A stretch of 64,000 nt of DNA from Eledone cirrhosa (GCA_964016885.1 OZ024740.1:187860001-187924000); one strand, 5' to 3'; shown: positions 45,012-57,632, counted from the first letter of the stretch. A program made the numbers and translations. Notes: generated from the sequence alone by a model not told the origin.

Positions 45012-47154
45012 AAGAAAATTAACAAATGCAGTTATTTATTTTTACTGTCATAACATAAGATATGAACTTTCACTACATATTTTGGTGCCACAATATTCTA
45101 GTTATTTTTATGACTTCAGTAAGGTATGAAGTTATACATTAATTTCTTTAGAAATTACATAAACCGATTTCAAAATATTTTATTAAAAAATCAAATCCTA
45201 ATTACATTTTGTTTAATATATAAGTTAAAGAAAAGCCAAAATTATTGCTTGTTTTAATTTGTTTCATAACATTCAATAAACTAAGCAGTCAACTGAATAA
45301 ATTATATGAAAGCAAGACTGTAAAATGGGCTTTATCATAGCTTTACGTTTACAAATATATTTTCATTTCTTTTATTTTGCATGCTAGATGTTATTGTAAA
45401 TTATCTTCAACATCTTCTAATTTACATTTAATAGATCCATTTCTCACTGCAATTCTTTGTTTTTTCAAGTAATATTAGCTAAAAGTCTTGTAACTCCTTG
45501 TGTTATAATGTGAAATTGATTAGAACTTTCATACCACAATGGATTTTCCATTACAGATGTTCTCTTTGACATCAAACATTCTATCAGTTTCAAATTGTGA
45601 TCATTCCTTTAGGTTTTTGAATAAAATATTTAATCACACATTAAGACAAGTTTACTCTGGTTTAGTCAGAGTCTCCAAGATTATTGACGAGGTAAAAGTT
45701 CTGTTCAAACACGAGATATGGCCTTAATGTTTACCAGGTATCCAAGAGTCAGGTGATGGTGTTAAACCAGGTGACAGATTAGGTCCACCACCAAAGTAAG
45801 CTAAAGTGAGATTTTAAATCAGAATACAGATAGTCATATCAAATACAGCAAAAAACCTTGACTGATTCCCTAATAATATTGGCAACTTACCTCCTTGGAT
45901 TGGTATTCTATTTCACTGACCTCAAAAGGCTGAAATATAAAGTTGTCCTCTATAGTATTTGAACTCAGAATGCAGAAACCCCAAACAAATGCCACAAGGT
46001 ATTTTGTCCTACATTTTAACAAGACATCTGCTGTAACAATGATATATTTAGGATAATTATCATGAATTATCTCCAGCTTTGCATACACACCCTGAACATA
46101 ATCTTACATAGGTGACTTTATTTGTTGGTATATAAATAACATGACAACTTTATCATTAGATAAGGAAACCAATAATTAACGATTTCCATTTATTTTGGTT
46201 AACTCCATAAAACATACACAATTTAAACAAAAGAGATATAACCTGGTATGCACTGAACTTATCTTAAAGATATAAAATTGTACCAAGTAATACATGTGGC
46301 TGTTTTCTTTTTCTTTCTCTGTCATGTCTTCTTCCTCTCTCTCTCACCTACACTCTGTCTTTCATTCACTCACTATAAGAATATGTTTGTTTTTATGGTC
46401 GATTTATTTCAGTATTTCATTTTAAATTGAATATCTTACAAGTTAAAAAATATTTTGTCATTTAGATTTAGATCAGCCTTAACTGAATAGATTCATGATA
46501 GGGTCTCACTGCAGACATCACATCTTTCTGTCTGATGCTACATCTAGTACCATCTTATACAGTATGGCAAATTCTAATGTCAATTTGAAATTTCAGGGAG
46601 ATGTGTCCTCTATTTTCAGCAGGATGACTGACCTTTTACAAGCTCCCAGTTGGCTTGTAGATTGGTGCTAATAAAGGCACTGTTTCTGTAAAGTATTGTG
46701 AAGCTTATTTAACATTGAATATAGAGATAGATGTAAAGGCTGAATACTAACTTATCAATATAACATAGCCTCTAATTGGACACTGTGTAGAATGGATTGA
46801 GTGAAATAAATGGTTTGGATCTGCTAGTCTGTTAACTCTTAATATCTGTATTTAACTCTTAATCTGTTTTAGCAAGACATTCTTAAAAACTTTTAAACAG
46901 CACTATGACTACATCACATTAAACTTTAGTCGTTAATCAAATGCTGCAAAGTTTTACAATAATCTGTCCATCAGTAAAAAAAAACTATAAACATTTGAAT
47001 TAAAAGACACTATGTTTAGACATTATCTACCAAATAATTGTGGCATGTTAAAAGATAAGTTGAAAATGCCTCCAGAGAGCACAACTGTATGATTAAAAGC
47101 TGACAAGGGTTTGTTTGAGTGTCTTAGTGGGGGGAAGGTGTGTGTAGGATATAA

Positions 47155-47231
<77 letters not shown>

Positions 47232-48039
47232 TCTGTGTAATCCATGATGGCATGGAAGAATAGATTTTGCAGTGTGAACTATATCAATTAAAAGAATTAA
47301 AACTAACATGTCTGTATTGTTAACACATTAATTCATGCACACACACACAATTTCTGGCTGGTATATTCCATCAGGTATATTCCATGAATTGTGGCATGGT
47401 AACTGCCTGTCATTGCTAGCACCAACGTTCTTTCATTGTTAAATGAAATGAAACTCATTTTTTTTATATAAGATCTTATCATTTGAAAATTAAAATCCAT
47501 ATATTTCATAAATGCTTGGTTACTTTGGGAATTATTCTAGGTTATTGAAATACCTTTGCTTAAGTATTTATTTGATCAGCTCTATCTCTGGAGATTATTT
47601 TATTGCAACAGTTTATTATGCTTATAATATTGTAGAATTTTGTGAGAAATTTCAAAAGCATTGCATTAGCAATTTTGGCTTGTAAAAATTGATATGAATT
47701 AGTTAAATCAGTATGTTGAATTGAAAAATTGAAACAGCATTTCTCATATTCCCTTGTGAAATTTGAGCTGAGTGTTGTTTAAAGATATCTTTAATTAAAT
47801 AACTATCATTCATCTAATAACGAGATTCTTCTTTCTAACATGTCTTTAAATTTTACTGTATTGTTTAGTAGTAATTATAGTAACAGCATTACTTGAATGA
47901 TTTGTTGTTACATCTGCTTCAGTTTGTCTTGTTTTCTATTATTGTTAGTCAGTCACAAAACGAGTAATACCTCTTCAAAACAGAGCAAAACAATTTTAAA
48001 GTATTATTCTATAATTAATGTAGTAGTTAATTTTAACTA

Positions 48040-48390
48040 GTGAAGGTGCATGGCTTCATGGTTGGAGCATCGGATTCACAATTGTGAGATTGTGATTTCG
48101 AATCCCAGACTGGGTGATCTGTTGTGTTTTTGAGCAAAGACACTTTATTTCATGTTGCTCAAGTTCATTCAGATGTAGAAATGAGTTGTGATGTTACTGG
48201 TACCTAGCTGTATTGGACTTTGCCTTTCCCTTGGATAAAGTCGGTGGCACAGAGATGGGAGACTGGTATGAATGGGCAACTGCTGGTTTCTCACAAAAAG
48301 CCTTGTGCAAAAATGTGCCTCAGAAGAGAAGCTTTTTAGGTGGAAACCCCTTGGGCGTTCGTGACCAAAGGGGATCTTTACCCTTTAATT
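48040..48390 (+). mobile_element. Second tRNA-derived SINE family (Meta/V-SINE-like core)
   Basis: GTGAAGGTGCATGGCTTCATGGTT..TTCGAATCCC..TTGAGCAAAGACACTTTATTTCATGTTGCTC. Related copies at 60787-60910 (+) and ~48900-49078 (-). Confidence 0.8.
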
Positions 48391-48700
48391 TTAACTTGAT
48401 AAACTGTAAACATTTCATAAAGATTTTATGCATCCAACCTTTCTCACTTTGTGTGTATATTTGTAAAAACATTAATGCCAGCATTAATGTTAGTAGGTAT
48501 TTATTGATAGTCATGTTGTTTATGCCTCCAGCGAAGCCACATAACTTGATGCACTAGTTCCTTGACTTGGTTGGCAGGGAATCCAATTACAGTAAAATTA
48601 ATTATTCCAATGATAAAATGGAAAAATATATTTCACTATCTCTTACTATTGTGAAAAAAAAAGACTGTATACCAGCAAGAATTGTTAGAATGCTCATGTG

Positions 48701-48736
<36 letters not shown>

Positions 48737-48738
<2 letters not shown>

Positions 48739-48900
48739 CATCATCATCATCATCATTTTACGTCCACTTTTCCCTGCTTGCAAGGGTGGGATGGGAACTG
48801 ATTCTGGCTTGATTTCTACAGCTGGATGCCCTTCCTAACACCAACCTCATTTACAGCGAGTGCTGGGTGCTTTTTTGCCGTGGCACCTCCACGACAACTT
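48737..48900 (-). mobile_element. RTE 3' UTR fragment with (TGA)n tail
   Basis: Matches the 3' UTR of the young RTE copies (GCTGGATGCCCTTCCTAACACCAACCTCATTTACAG). Confidence 0.85.
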
Positions 48901-49078
48901 TACAGTGGAATGATAGGGACCACAGTCCTATCATCTCATTTCTACAGCTGAGTAAACTGGAGCAATATGAAATAAAGTGTCTTGCTCAAGGAAACAACAC
49001 ATCACCCGGTCTGAGAATTGAACTCACAACCTTTCGATTGCAAGGCCAATGCTCTAACCACTAAGCCATGTGCCTCCA
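48900..49078 (-). mobile_element. SINE (second family)
   Basis: GAAATAAAGTGTCTTGCTCAAGGAAACAAC..ATTGAACTCACAACC..CTCTAACCACTAAGCCATGTGCCTCCA. Confidence 0.8.
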
Positions 49079-49419
49079 TATATATATACATAAATATGTA
49101 TATAATGGTTAATTAGTTCAATATTAAGATAGTGCCTTCACATAGAGTTCTTATATAAGATTATGTTGGGAGATTGTAAATAGGATCCCTTTGACATGGG
49201 TGGTTTTATTTTATAGGGCTAGAGATGGTTTTGGTTGAGTTTGTATCAAAATGGTTAACATACCACTTTTTACAATGTACATTCATTTTCTGAAAACAAT
49301 TAACTTTCTTTTGATAGGAGAGGGGAGTTCATAGTATACTCTAGATATTTATATTAGATACATAAGTATTTATAGGCTATTTTCCTTGCTGCTGCAGTAT
49401 GGGTCCCATGACAAGTTTT

Positions 49420-49690
49420 TCCATCCTTCCTCAACACAGAACCCAACCATTTCTCTTCACAACATTTATCACTGGTCCTATTCTCATCTTCACAATTAGT
49501 TGTTTGTCTTCCTCTCCGCAATACTCCACTCATTCGCCAGATCAGGATCATTCTCATTTCCATTCTTTCCAGCCTTATCTGTTGCTCTATGTTCATCACC
49601 CATGTTTTGCTTCTATAAATCATGGTACATTACATGCATGCTGCATACACGTATTCCTCCAGTTTCAGTAACACTGCTCTCCTGATAGAA
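49420..49690 (-). mobile_element. Old RTE ORF fragment (different subfamily)
   Basis: MIYRSKTWVM..RLERMEMRM..WRMSGV resembles LYGSETW..RLERxEMRMLRWMxGV. Confidence 0.7.
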
Positions 49691-49893
49691 TAGGTTCATC
49701 ATATCTCTGTGTGTTGTAAGAGGCACATAAAAGGACTTTATGACAAGTATTATTTAAAATTCATACAAAAGAATTCGCTACATCTTTTAAATGTATATTT
49801 ATAACTTTTAATGAAAAACGATTTCTTTTCAACAAATTAAAATATTTCAAGCATGCTCGTGAGTATCACCTGCAGTATGCCTAGTCTCCAGCA

Positions 49894-52800
49894 ATCATCA
49901 TCATCATCATCACCGTTTTACGTCCGTTCTTCCACGCTAGCATGGGTTAGACGGGTTGTCCTGTTGTGGGCAGTGTCTGGTCGGCTGACCATGCCTTGCT
50001 CATACAGGAACTGATCTGGCTTGATTTCTACAGCTGGATGCCCTTCCTAACACCAACCTCATTTACAGTGAGTGCTGGGTGCTTTTTCGTGGCGCCTACA
50101 CGTCCACTTTACAGTGTGGGCTGGGTGCTTTTTTGCCGTGGCACCTCCACGACCACCTTGCGGTGGGGGGGGGGCATATTGTTTATATGCTTCAGCATGT
50201 ACCCATGGGAGGTCGGGTACCCTGTATTACTGCGTGACGCCAGAAGTCACGGTCGTGTGTCATTGACTTTGAGAGGTGTAGTTGGGTAAGGTCGGCTTTT
50301 ATCACCTCATCCCAAGTCATCTTGGGTCTCCCCACTCCGCGGTTTCCATCAACTTCTAGTGCTCTGCACCTTTTTATGCAGCTGTCATCCTTCATACGCA
50401 TCACATGTCCATACCAGCGTAACCGCCTCTCCTGCACGCAGCATTTGATTCCTCTTATGCTCAGTCTCTCTCTCAATTCATTTATGCTTTGTCGTTCACG
50501 TATATTACTGTTACACATCCATCGGAGCATGCAGGCTTCGTTTCTCTCTAATCTACGTAAGTCTTCCACCTTCAGCGCCCAGGTCTCACTACCATGCAAC
50601 ATCGCTGTTCGGATACACGCATCATACAGTCTGCCTTTCATTCTGAGGGAGAAGCCTTTTGCAGCTAGCAGTGGTAGTAGTTCCCTAAACTTCTTCCATC
50701 CCGTTCTTACCCTAGTTATTGTACTTTCTGAGCACCCACCTCCGTTGCTAATTCGGTCACCTAGGTAGCAGAAGCTGTCTACTGTTTCTACAGGGCCCTC
50801 CCAGAGATTGGTGGTACTTGTTTCCTGTGGCTGTTTGCTTGCTGTTTCAGCACAGCTGCTGCATGTGAATCCTACATTCTTAATTAAGCTTCCTGAGATC
50901 CAGCTACATCTCTTGTGTACCCATTGTTTGCATTTGGGGCAAAGAATGGAGTTCCTACCTACACCTTTCCTACATACTGAGCAAGGCCATTTCCCTGAGG
51001 GGATCTGGGTTCTGTTTTCTCGTCTACTTATAAGGACCTTAGTCTTTGTCATGTTGACTTTGAGGCCCTTTCTCTCTAGTCCCTGCTTCCAGGTTTGGAA
51101 TTTATTCTCTAGTTCTACCATAGATTCAGCTATGAGTGCGAGGTCATCAGCATACAGGAGTTCCCATGGGCATCCGGTCTTAAACTCCTCCGTTATTGCC
51201 TGCAGGACTATGATGAACAGGAGAGGGCTAAGAACAGAGCCCTGGTGGACCCCAACCTGTACGCTAAATTCCTCGCTATACTCATTGCCAATCCTAACTT
51301 TGCTGACTGCTCCCCTATACATGGCTTGTACCGCTTTCACAAGCCATTCATCTACTCCTAGTTTTCTAAGAGCCCACCAGATTACTGCACGTGGAACTCT
51401 GTCAAAGGCTTTCTCAAGGTCGACAAATGCCAAGTAGAGTGGCTTACTTTTAGCTAGGTACTTTTCCTGTAATTGCCTCACAAGGAAGAGGGCATCAGTG
51501 GTGCCTTTCCCTGGTACAAACCCAAATTGCATCTCGTCTATATTCACCCGGTCCCTAATCAGCTGTGCTATAACTCTTTCTGTTACTTTCATGACCTGGT
51601 CCATCAACTTTATACCTCTATAGTTTCCTCTATCTAGTGCATCGCCTTTACCTTTGTAGCAGTTGACAATGATGCTACTGCACCAATCTTTTGGTATGGC
51701 CCCCTCTAGTATTACCTGGTTAACGATACGTGTGGTTATAGTGTGACCTACAGACCCAGATGCCTTCAGCATCTCGGCAGCTATACCCGATGGACCGGTT
51801 GCCTTCCCTATCTTCATATCTCTGATTGCCTTACTTACTACGCTGCCGCTGACTTGTACTGCTGGTCCCTCTATAGGGTCTACGTGGGGTAGGGTCTCTT
51901 CTTCCCATGCATTCTCCTCATTTAGTAATCTATCATAATGACTCTTCCATGCATCTTTCTTCTCAGCACTTGTGAGGGCAAGCTCACCTTTATCATTCCG
52001 GATACACTTCTCTCCAATGACATCACAACTATCTCTGACACACTGCCTCGCAATCTTGAATACCTCATGTTTCTGGTCCTCACGTTGTAAAACATGCTTG
52101 AATTTTCTATCCTCTGCTTCCCTCCTAGCTAAGTATACTTGTCGCCTAGCTTCCCTCTTGGTCTCTATGTAATGTACCCTGCTCCCCCCGTTCTTCCATT
52201 CTTTCCATGCCTGTCTCTTGGCCTTGACTGCTTCATCTACCTTATTGTTCCACCACCAAGTCACTCTCCTCCTGCTTGAGGTCTTACTCCAGCCACAAAC
52301 CTCATCCGTCGCCTCTAGTAAGTTATTTTTTAGGAACTCCCAGTTCTCTTCTACGTTAAATGTCTCTATCTGTTCTTCTTTACTGTCGTAGGCGTTGAGT
52401 AAAATATCTTTAAATCTGTTACTGGTTGAGGGGACTTTCAGCTTCCAGATCTTTCTTCTCCAGGTTGGCCTCTGTTTCAGGGCTCGTCTAGTTCTGACCG
52501 TGAGGTCGCTGACAACTAAGCTATGTTGGGATGTACATTCCTCACTAGGGAAGGCTTTTGTGTTTACGACCGTCCATCTGTCACGTCCTCTGATGAGGAT
52601 AAAATCTAACTGACTAGAGTGCTCCCCTGATCTATAGGTGATCAGGTGGTTGTCGGGTTTTTTAAAGTTTGTGTTACATATCGACATGTCATTGGCGTCG
52701 CAGAATTCTAGAAGTCTGAATCCTTCCTCATTCCTTGTGCCAACTCCATGGCCTCCATGTACTCTATTGAAGCCGTCGCAGTGTTTACCTACGTGTCCGT

Positions 52801-52972
52801 TAAAATCTCCTGCAATGATTAGGAAGTCCTTGTCGTCTGTTAGAGCAGTAGTGTGTATTAGGGACTCGTAAAACCTATCCTTAAGTTCGTCTGGCAGCCC
52901 CGATTGGGGTGCGTAAGCTGATATTATTGTGGTAATTGTCTTATTCAGGACTAGTCTGAGTTTAATGATTCT
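49894..52972 (-). mobile_element. Young RTE-clade LINE, 5'-truncated within the APE endonuclease
   Basis: Uninterrupted ORF 50192-~52970 with APE motifs (SAYAPQ, AGDFNGHVG, SQLDFIL, SQHSLV), RT motifs and a PHD finger. ~300-bp 3' UTR and (TGA)n tail. Confidence 0.97.
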
Positions 52973-52990
52973 TGCCAATGACAATATCAA
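50192..52990 (-). CDS. RTE ORF: partial APE endonuclease, reverse transcriptase with PHD-type insert (first ~6 codons come from flanking DNA)
   Basis: 932-aa open frame with [24 protein letters not shown]4HC3 finger and YLG. Confidence 0.9.
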   Translation of the reverse strand: MILSLARIIKLRLVLNKTITTIISAYAPQSGLPDELKDRFYESLIHTTALTDDKDFLIIAGDFNGHVGKHCDGFNRVHGGHGVGTRNEEGFRLLEFCDANDMSICNTNFKKPDNHLITYRSGEHSSQLDFILIRGRDRWTVVNTKAFPSEECTSQHSLVVSDLTVRTRRALKQRPTWRRKIWKLKVPSTSNRFKDILLNAYDSKEEQIETFNVEENWEFLKNNLLEATDEVCGWSKTSSRRRVTWWWNNKVDEAVKAKRQAWKEWKNGGSRVHYIETKREARRQVYLARREAEDRKFKHVLQREDQKHEVFKIARQCVRDSCDVIGEKCIRNDKGELALTSAEKKDAWKSHYDRLLNEENAWEEETLPHVDPIEGPAVQVSGSVVSKAIRDMKIGKATGPSGIAAEMLKASGSVGHTITTRIVNQVILEGAIPKDWCSSIIVNCYKGKGDALDRGNYRGIKLMDQVMKVTERVIAQLIRDRVNIDEMQFGFVPGKGTTDALFLVRQLQEKYLAKSKPLYLAFVDLEKAFDRVPRAVIWWALRKLGVDEWLVKAVQAMYRGAVSKVRIGNEYSEEFSVQVGVHQGSVLSPLLFIIVLQAITEEFKTGCPWELLYADDLALIAESMVELENKFQTWKQGLERKGLKVNMTKTKVLISRRENRTQIPSGKWPCSVCRKGVGRNSILCPKCKQWVHKRCSWISGSLIKNVGFTCSSCAETASKQPQETSTTNLWEGPVETVDSFCYLGDRISNGGGCSESTITRVRTGWKKFRELLPLLAAKGFSLRMKGRLYDACIRTAMLHGSETWALKVEDLRRLERNEACMLRWMCNSNIRERQSINELRERLSIRGIKCCVQERRLRWYGHVMRMKDDSCIKRCRALEVDGNRGVGRPKMTWDEVIKADLTQLHLSKSMTHDRDFWRHAVIQGTRPPMGTC

Positions 52991-53059
52991 TGTCGTTCAC
53001 ATATCTTGCATGCCCTAGGCTGACAATATATATATATATATTTATACGCACACACACAC

Positions 53060-53090
<31 letters not shown>

Positions 53091-53738
53091 GGGGGAGAAA
53101 GAGAGAGAGAGAGATGACCTCTTTATGGCCTGAACTATTTCTTTTATAAGCGGTGGTATTGTGGTATATAGGATGTCAAATAAAGCACGAAAATATTACC
53201 TATTATATTTCAAGGTAAAAATCTAATTCCTATAATTAGAAAACCAGAACAATGCTATTTAAGCAAAAATGGGACAAAAATTGAAATATAAATATAAAAA
53301 AAACAAGTTTAAACTTTCGCTTTTCAAAAGAAAAGAAATAAATGGATAATTTTAGTATAATAGAATGTAGGTGTTTCCCACTGGCTCTTTTTGTGATGTA
53401 ATGTGCATGTGTGTGGTTGATTACTACGGACTAGAATTCATGGCTCATAATGGTTATTGTTTAAAGGACTTAAAATCATTGAAACACATATCTCTGATTA
53501 CTACCCACTGTGAATGAAATTTTACATGGCTAATTAGGAAACCTTATTTCACCAACCAGGTTGTGATATTGAGTACAAGGGAATATGCTGCTGTGACCTT
53601 TCATGTACCTTAATTGGTAATTAACTCTTATTTATCCAATAGAAACATAATTTATGTCAATTATTTTCAGTTTACTTTAGAGGCACATTCAATACCTATA
53701 TATAAATTCGTGTATGAGTGTAACTTTGCATAGTTAAA

Positions 53739-53926
53739 AATTGTTTCTACTTTTGGCACAAAGCCAGCAATTACCCAGTGCATTACTGGTACTTTATTTC
53801 ATCGACCCCGTAAGGATGAAAGGCAAAGTTAACCTCGGCGGGATTTGAACTCAGAATGGCAAGGACCATAAATCTATGCGTCAAAGCATGGCGTCCGATC
53901 CTCTACCGATACTGCCAATCCACCAT
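53739..53926 (-). mobile_element. SINE, full length with TSD
   Basis: TTGCATAGTTAAA on both sides. Confidence 0.92.
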
Positions 53927-54049
53927 GATTGCATAGTTAAATAATAACAGGCTTAAATGCATTTGTAAATCTTTCTTCAAATGTATAGGAATGGAAAATA
54001 AAGTTTTATTAGAAGGCTACAACAATGCAAATTGAACACTCTTAAAATA

Positions 54050-54242
54050 TAATTGTTTCTACATTTGGCACAAGGCCAGCAATTACCCAGTACATTACTG
54101 GTACTTTATTTTATCGATCCTGTAAGGATGAAAGGCAAAGTTAACCTTGGCGTGATTTGAACTCAGAATGGCAAGGGGCATAACTCTATGTGTCAAAGCA
54201 TAGTGTCCGACCCTCTAGCGATACTGCCAATCCACCGCCCTC
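54050..54242 (-). mobile_element. SINE, full length
   Basis: Near-consensus head, core and tail. Confidence 0.9.
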
Positions 54243-54670
54243 AAAACCAAAACGTTGAGATCGAGCAATGAGAGTTTTCTTCCCTAATTGGTCTATGTTA
54301 TGGAAGAAAACTCTGATCGTCCATTTGTTTTTGTCTTTGCATGTTTCAGCATCATTTCTAAAGAGAGGGTAATAGTCCTGAAGTATCATGCTAAAATACA
54401 TTGGGTAAAACATTACTTTGTTTTATTTTGTTTCGTTTGTCAGCATTTGCCCTTCATATCTTTCTACTGCATTGTACTGGCTTAAAAAAAACAAATATCT
54501 GTCTTTTACAACATATTTCACAATGCTTCATATTACCTACACTACTTTCTCTCTATATATATATAATTCTATATATTACATTAACATGTAAATATTTTGA
54601 GCAATTTTACGATGTCTTTTGTTTATTAAAATGATGAAATTTAATGATTTCTTTTTTTCTTATTTTTCAG

Positions 54671-54725
54671 GTTTTATGGCCAGATCTGTGATTTTCATGT
54701 GGTTTTTCCAAAGTCACACATTATG
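54671..54725 (+). CDS. Candidate internal exon (55 bp) of an unidentified host gene
   Basis: Acceptor TTTTTTTCTTATTTTTCAG|G and donor ATG|GTAAGC. Two open frames: (R)FYGQICDFHVVFPKSHIM or (G)FMARSVIFMWFFQSHTL(W/C). Non-repetitive sequence. Confidence 0.6.
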
Positions 54726-57069
54726 GTAAGCATGTTTTAGTAATGATTTCAAATTTAGCTATGGATATAATTTGGCAAATATTGTTTTTCTTATATCACA
54801 TACATTTCCAGACATGAATATAAACTCAAAGTTCAAATATTTTGGGTTATGGTGCTACTATTATCCAATATGGATTATTCTTTTATATCTGCATGTCGTT
54901 TTTTTATAATCTCATGTGTTTTCTACCTTTCATATGAAATTCAACTACTAAAATATTAAAAAAGAAAACAATTTTTGATATGACAAATATTTCACTTAAG
55001 GATTTATTAATACAGATATACTTTATAAATATTCTGGTTAATTGAGATATTGAAAATCACACCATCAAAAATATATATTTTCTATAAATTTTGATATGTT
55101 GAATTCTTTGTCACAACAAAAATATCAATTTTTGTTTAAAATTACAGGAGTAATTTGTATAGTTATAGAATTTATATTTTGCATGTTATCACCAAATATT
55201 TATGAAAATTAATGATTGTGTGTAGGAGAGAGAGAGGGATAGAGAGAGAGAGAGAAATGGAAACAGACCGATATGTCTGTTCTATGTAAATAAACAAAAT
55301 ACAATTATCTAATATGATGCAATCCAAACATAATTTTTTTCTATAGTAACACCTAATACATATAGTTGTATTTTCATATTATGTAATTACTTACATTAAT
55401 TTACACATACCTATGTAATACATATGTATACATCTTTTCATGCAAAATGGTTGCTGTAGGATTGGACATGGAAAACATGTAGTTAATCTAGATAAAATTC
55501 ATAAATCTATTCAATCATAGATACTAGCATAATATACAAATATATCTAAAAGTCTCATCTGTGCACGCATCACCCTTTAGTTTAAAAATCCTGTCATATA
55601 TTCTCATATACATGGGTTCTGTTCTCACTTGAATTACAGTGAGTTGATGTTCACAATGTTTTGTCTCAATTCTTCAATCTCCTGCAGCAACCTATGAAGA
55701 AATACATTCCAGCTGTAGCTATCCCATTCTGTTTTCAGCATAGTGTATGTCGTACTATATCATACAATGTGTCATTCTTTTTACAAAATGGTAGGCTGCT
55801 ATTTCTAGCATCTCAAGCTGTTAGATTCCTCTGGGTGTATTTACTTAAAGGTGTATTTTTCTTGTTGTTAATGACCAGGTTTCATGTGGTTTCTGATGGA
55901 TATTTTAAAGTTTCAAGTTGATTTCTGCTCATCGGGCAGTACAGTTGTTTACTAACGTGAAGTGTGCTTCTCCTAAAAGTATTACTAGCATAAAAAAGTG
56001 GAATGGCATCAACCCAGAATAGAAAGGATAACAAATAAAACAAAATAAAATAAAGTTTTTACCCAGTATATTTCAACATATGAACATTGAAATGTAAAAT
56101 TGAAAACGGTTCAAAACAAAATGAATGATCAATGTGTCTATTCTAACTGGTCTAAGTATCTAAAATATACATGTGCAGAGCTTGTATAGTAGCCACTCTG
56201 CTTCATAGATTTCTAACCTATTAATTTGTGGCTTTTTTCTTGTTGATGATAATAGCTTCTTCGTTTGGTTTATAATGATATATAATTTTGAATTATTCTT
56301 TGGCCCCAAATCAGACCCAGTCAAGCAGACCTGATGAAACAGTCTGATGATCAAAGGCTTTCTTGCCATAATAATATTGTCGTTTTGAATGTGTGTCTAT
56401 GTTACCTAATGTGCTCCCTTTTCAAGATGATTTGAGGGAAATTTAGCTACATTTTCTAGCAGGAAAAGAAACGGCATAGGGGATTTTCCATTTGTTCATG
56501 TTTTAATTATTAAATTAAACTTGAAATGACAGAAATATTTGAACATCACTTCAAATGTTCTCCAACAATTATATTTGATCCTCTACAATCAAAGCTTAAA
56601 ATAACAATTTTCCTTGTTGTTTAGTCAGGCCTGATTGAACAGACATGTAATCCAAGGAATTCCAGCTATGATTAATCCATTATCCTGTTTATCATTTTTC
56701 TTTGTGGTAGGTAAAATGACAGGTTTGATGAGATAAGTACCAATCATCTCTTGTTTAGTTCCAGTATAGCTTTGTTGAAGGAAATAGTAGAAAAGCTATT
56801 TAGGAGGGTACATTAGGTCAAATGTGTTTCTAATGATGAAGCAATCTCATCAATCCTTCCTTATACTGGCCTCTGGTCTTTGTTAATTAATGTTTACAAA
56901 CTCAACGAATCAAATCAGTTTTATAGTCTTCCATGTTCAGTAAAATAGTTTTGAACTTCCTTTTACTTGCTAGTTTTCTATGTTTGTTATAATCTATTTC
57001 TAAATTTCTATCCAAGTATGGCTATATATGTATCAGAGGGCATGTGGTATCTGTATGAATATATATATA

Positions 57070-57290
57070 ACATCATCATCATTGTTTAATATCTATCTTC
57101 CACGCTTGCATGGGTTAGACGGGTTTGTCCCATGTAGAAGCAATTTCAGTCAGGTGACTGTGTTTCTCTCATATAGGACCTTTTCTGGCTGGTTTTCTAC
57201 GGGTGAATGCCCTCCTAGCGCCAACCACATATAAAGTATTTGCTGGGTGCTTCTTGGCATGTCCTTTACAGTGTGGGCTTGATGTTTTGT
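57070..57290 (-). mobile_element. Old RTE 3' UTR remnant
   Basis: CATCATCATC..CTTCCACGCTTGCATGGGTTAGACGG..GAATGCCCTCCTAGCGCCAACCAC. Confidence 0.75.
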
Positions 57291-57334
57291 AATACGAACA
57301 TAACATACATATACAAACATACATACATACATAC

Positions 57335-57605
57335 GTGCAATGTCAATGTGTGTGAATGGCTAAGCATAGACGAGTTGAGAAAGAAACTGGGTATAAGTGG
57401 GATACGTTGTGGTGTGCAGGAGAGAGGACTGAGATGGTATGAACATGTGATGTGCTTGGAGGATGACCGCTGGGTAAAGAAGCGCCAAGAAATCCCAGTA
57501 GAAGGAAAACGCAATAGAGGTAGACCACAAAAAGCATGGGCAGAAGTGGTGAGAGCAGACCTAAGTTCACTGAAACTCACGGAGTGGATGACGAAGGACC
57601 ATGAC
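57335..57605 (+). mobile_element. Old RTE C-terminal ORF fragment
   Basis: [37 protein letters not shown]. Confidence 0.85.
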
Positions 57606-57632
57606 ATATAGATGTATGTATATATGTATATA

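Noticed and set aside
50322-52871. Plus-strand ORFs of 66-209 aa, repeated at 58154-60445
   Set aside because: Antisense shadows of the RTE ORF, with no independent motifs
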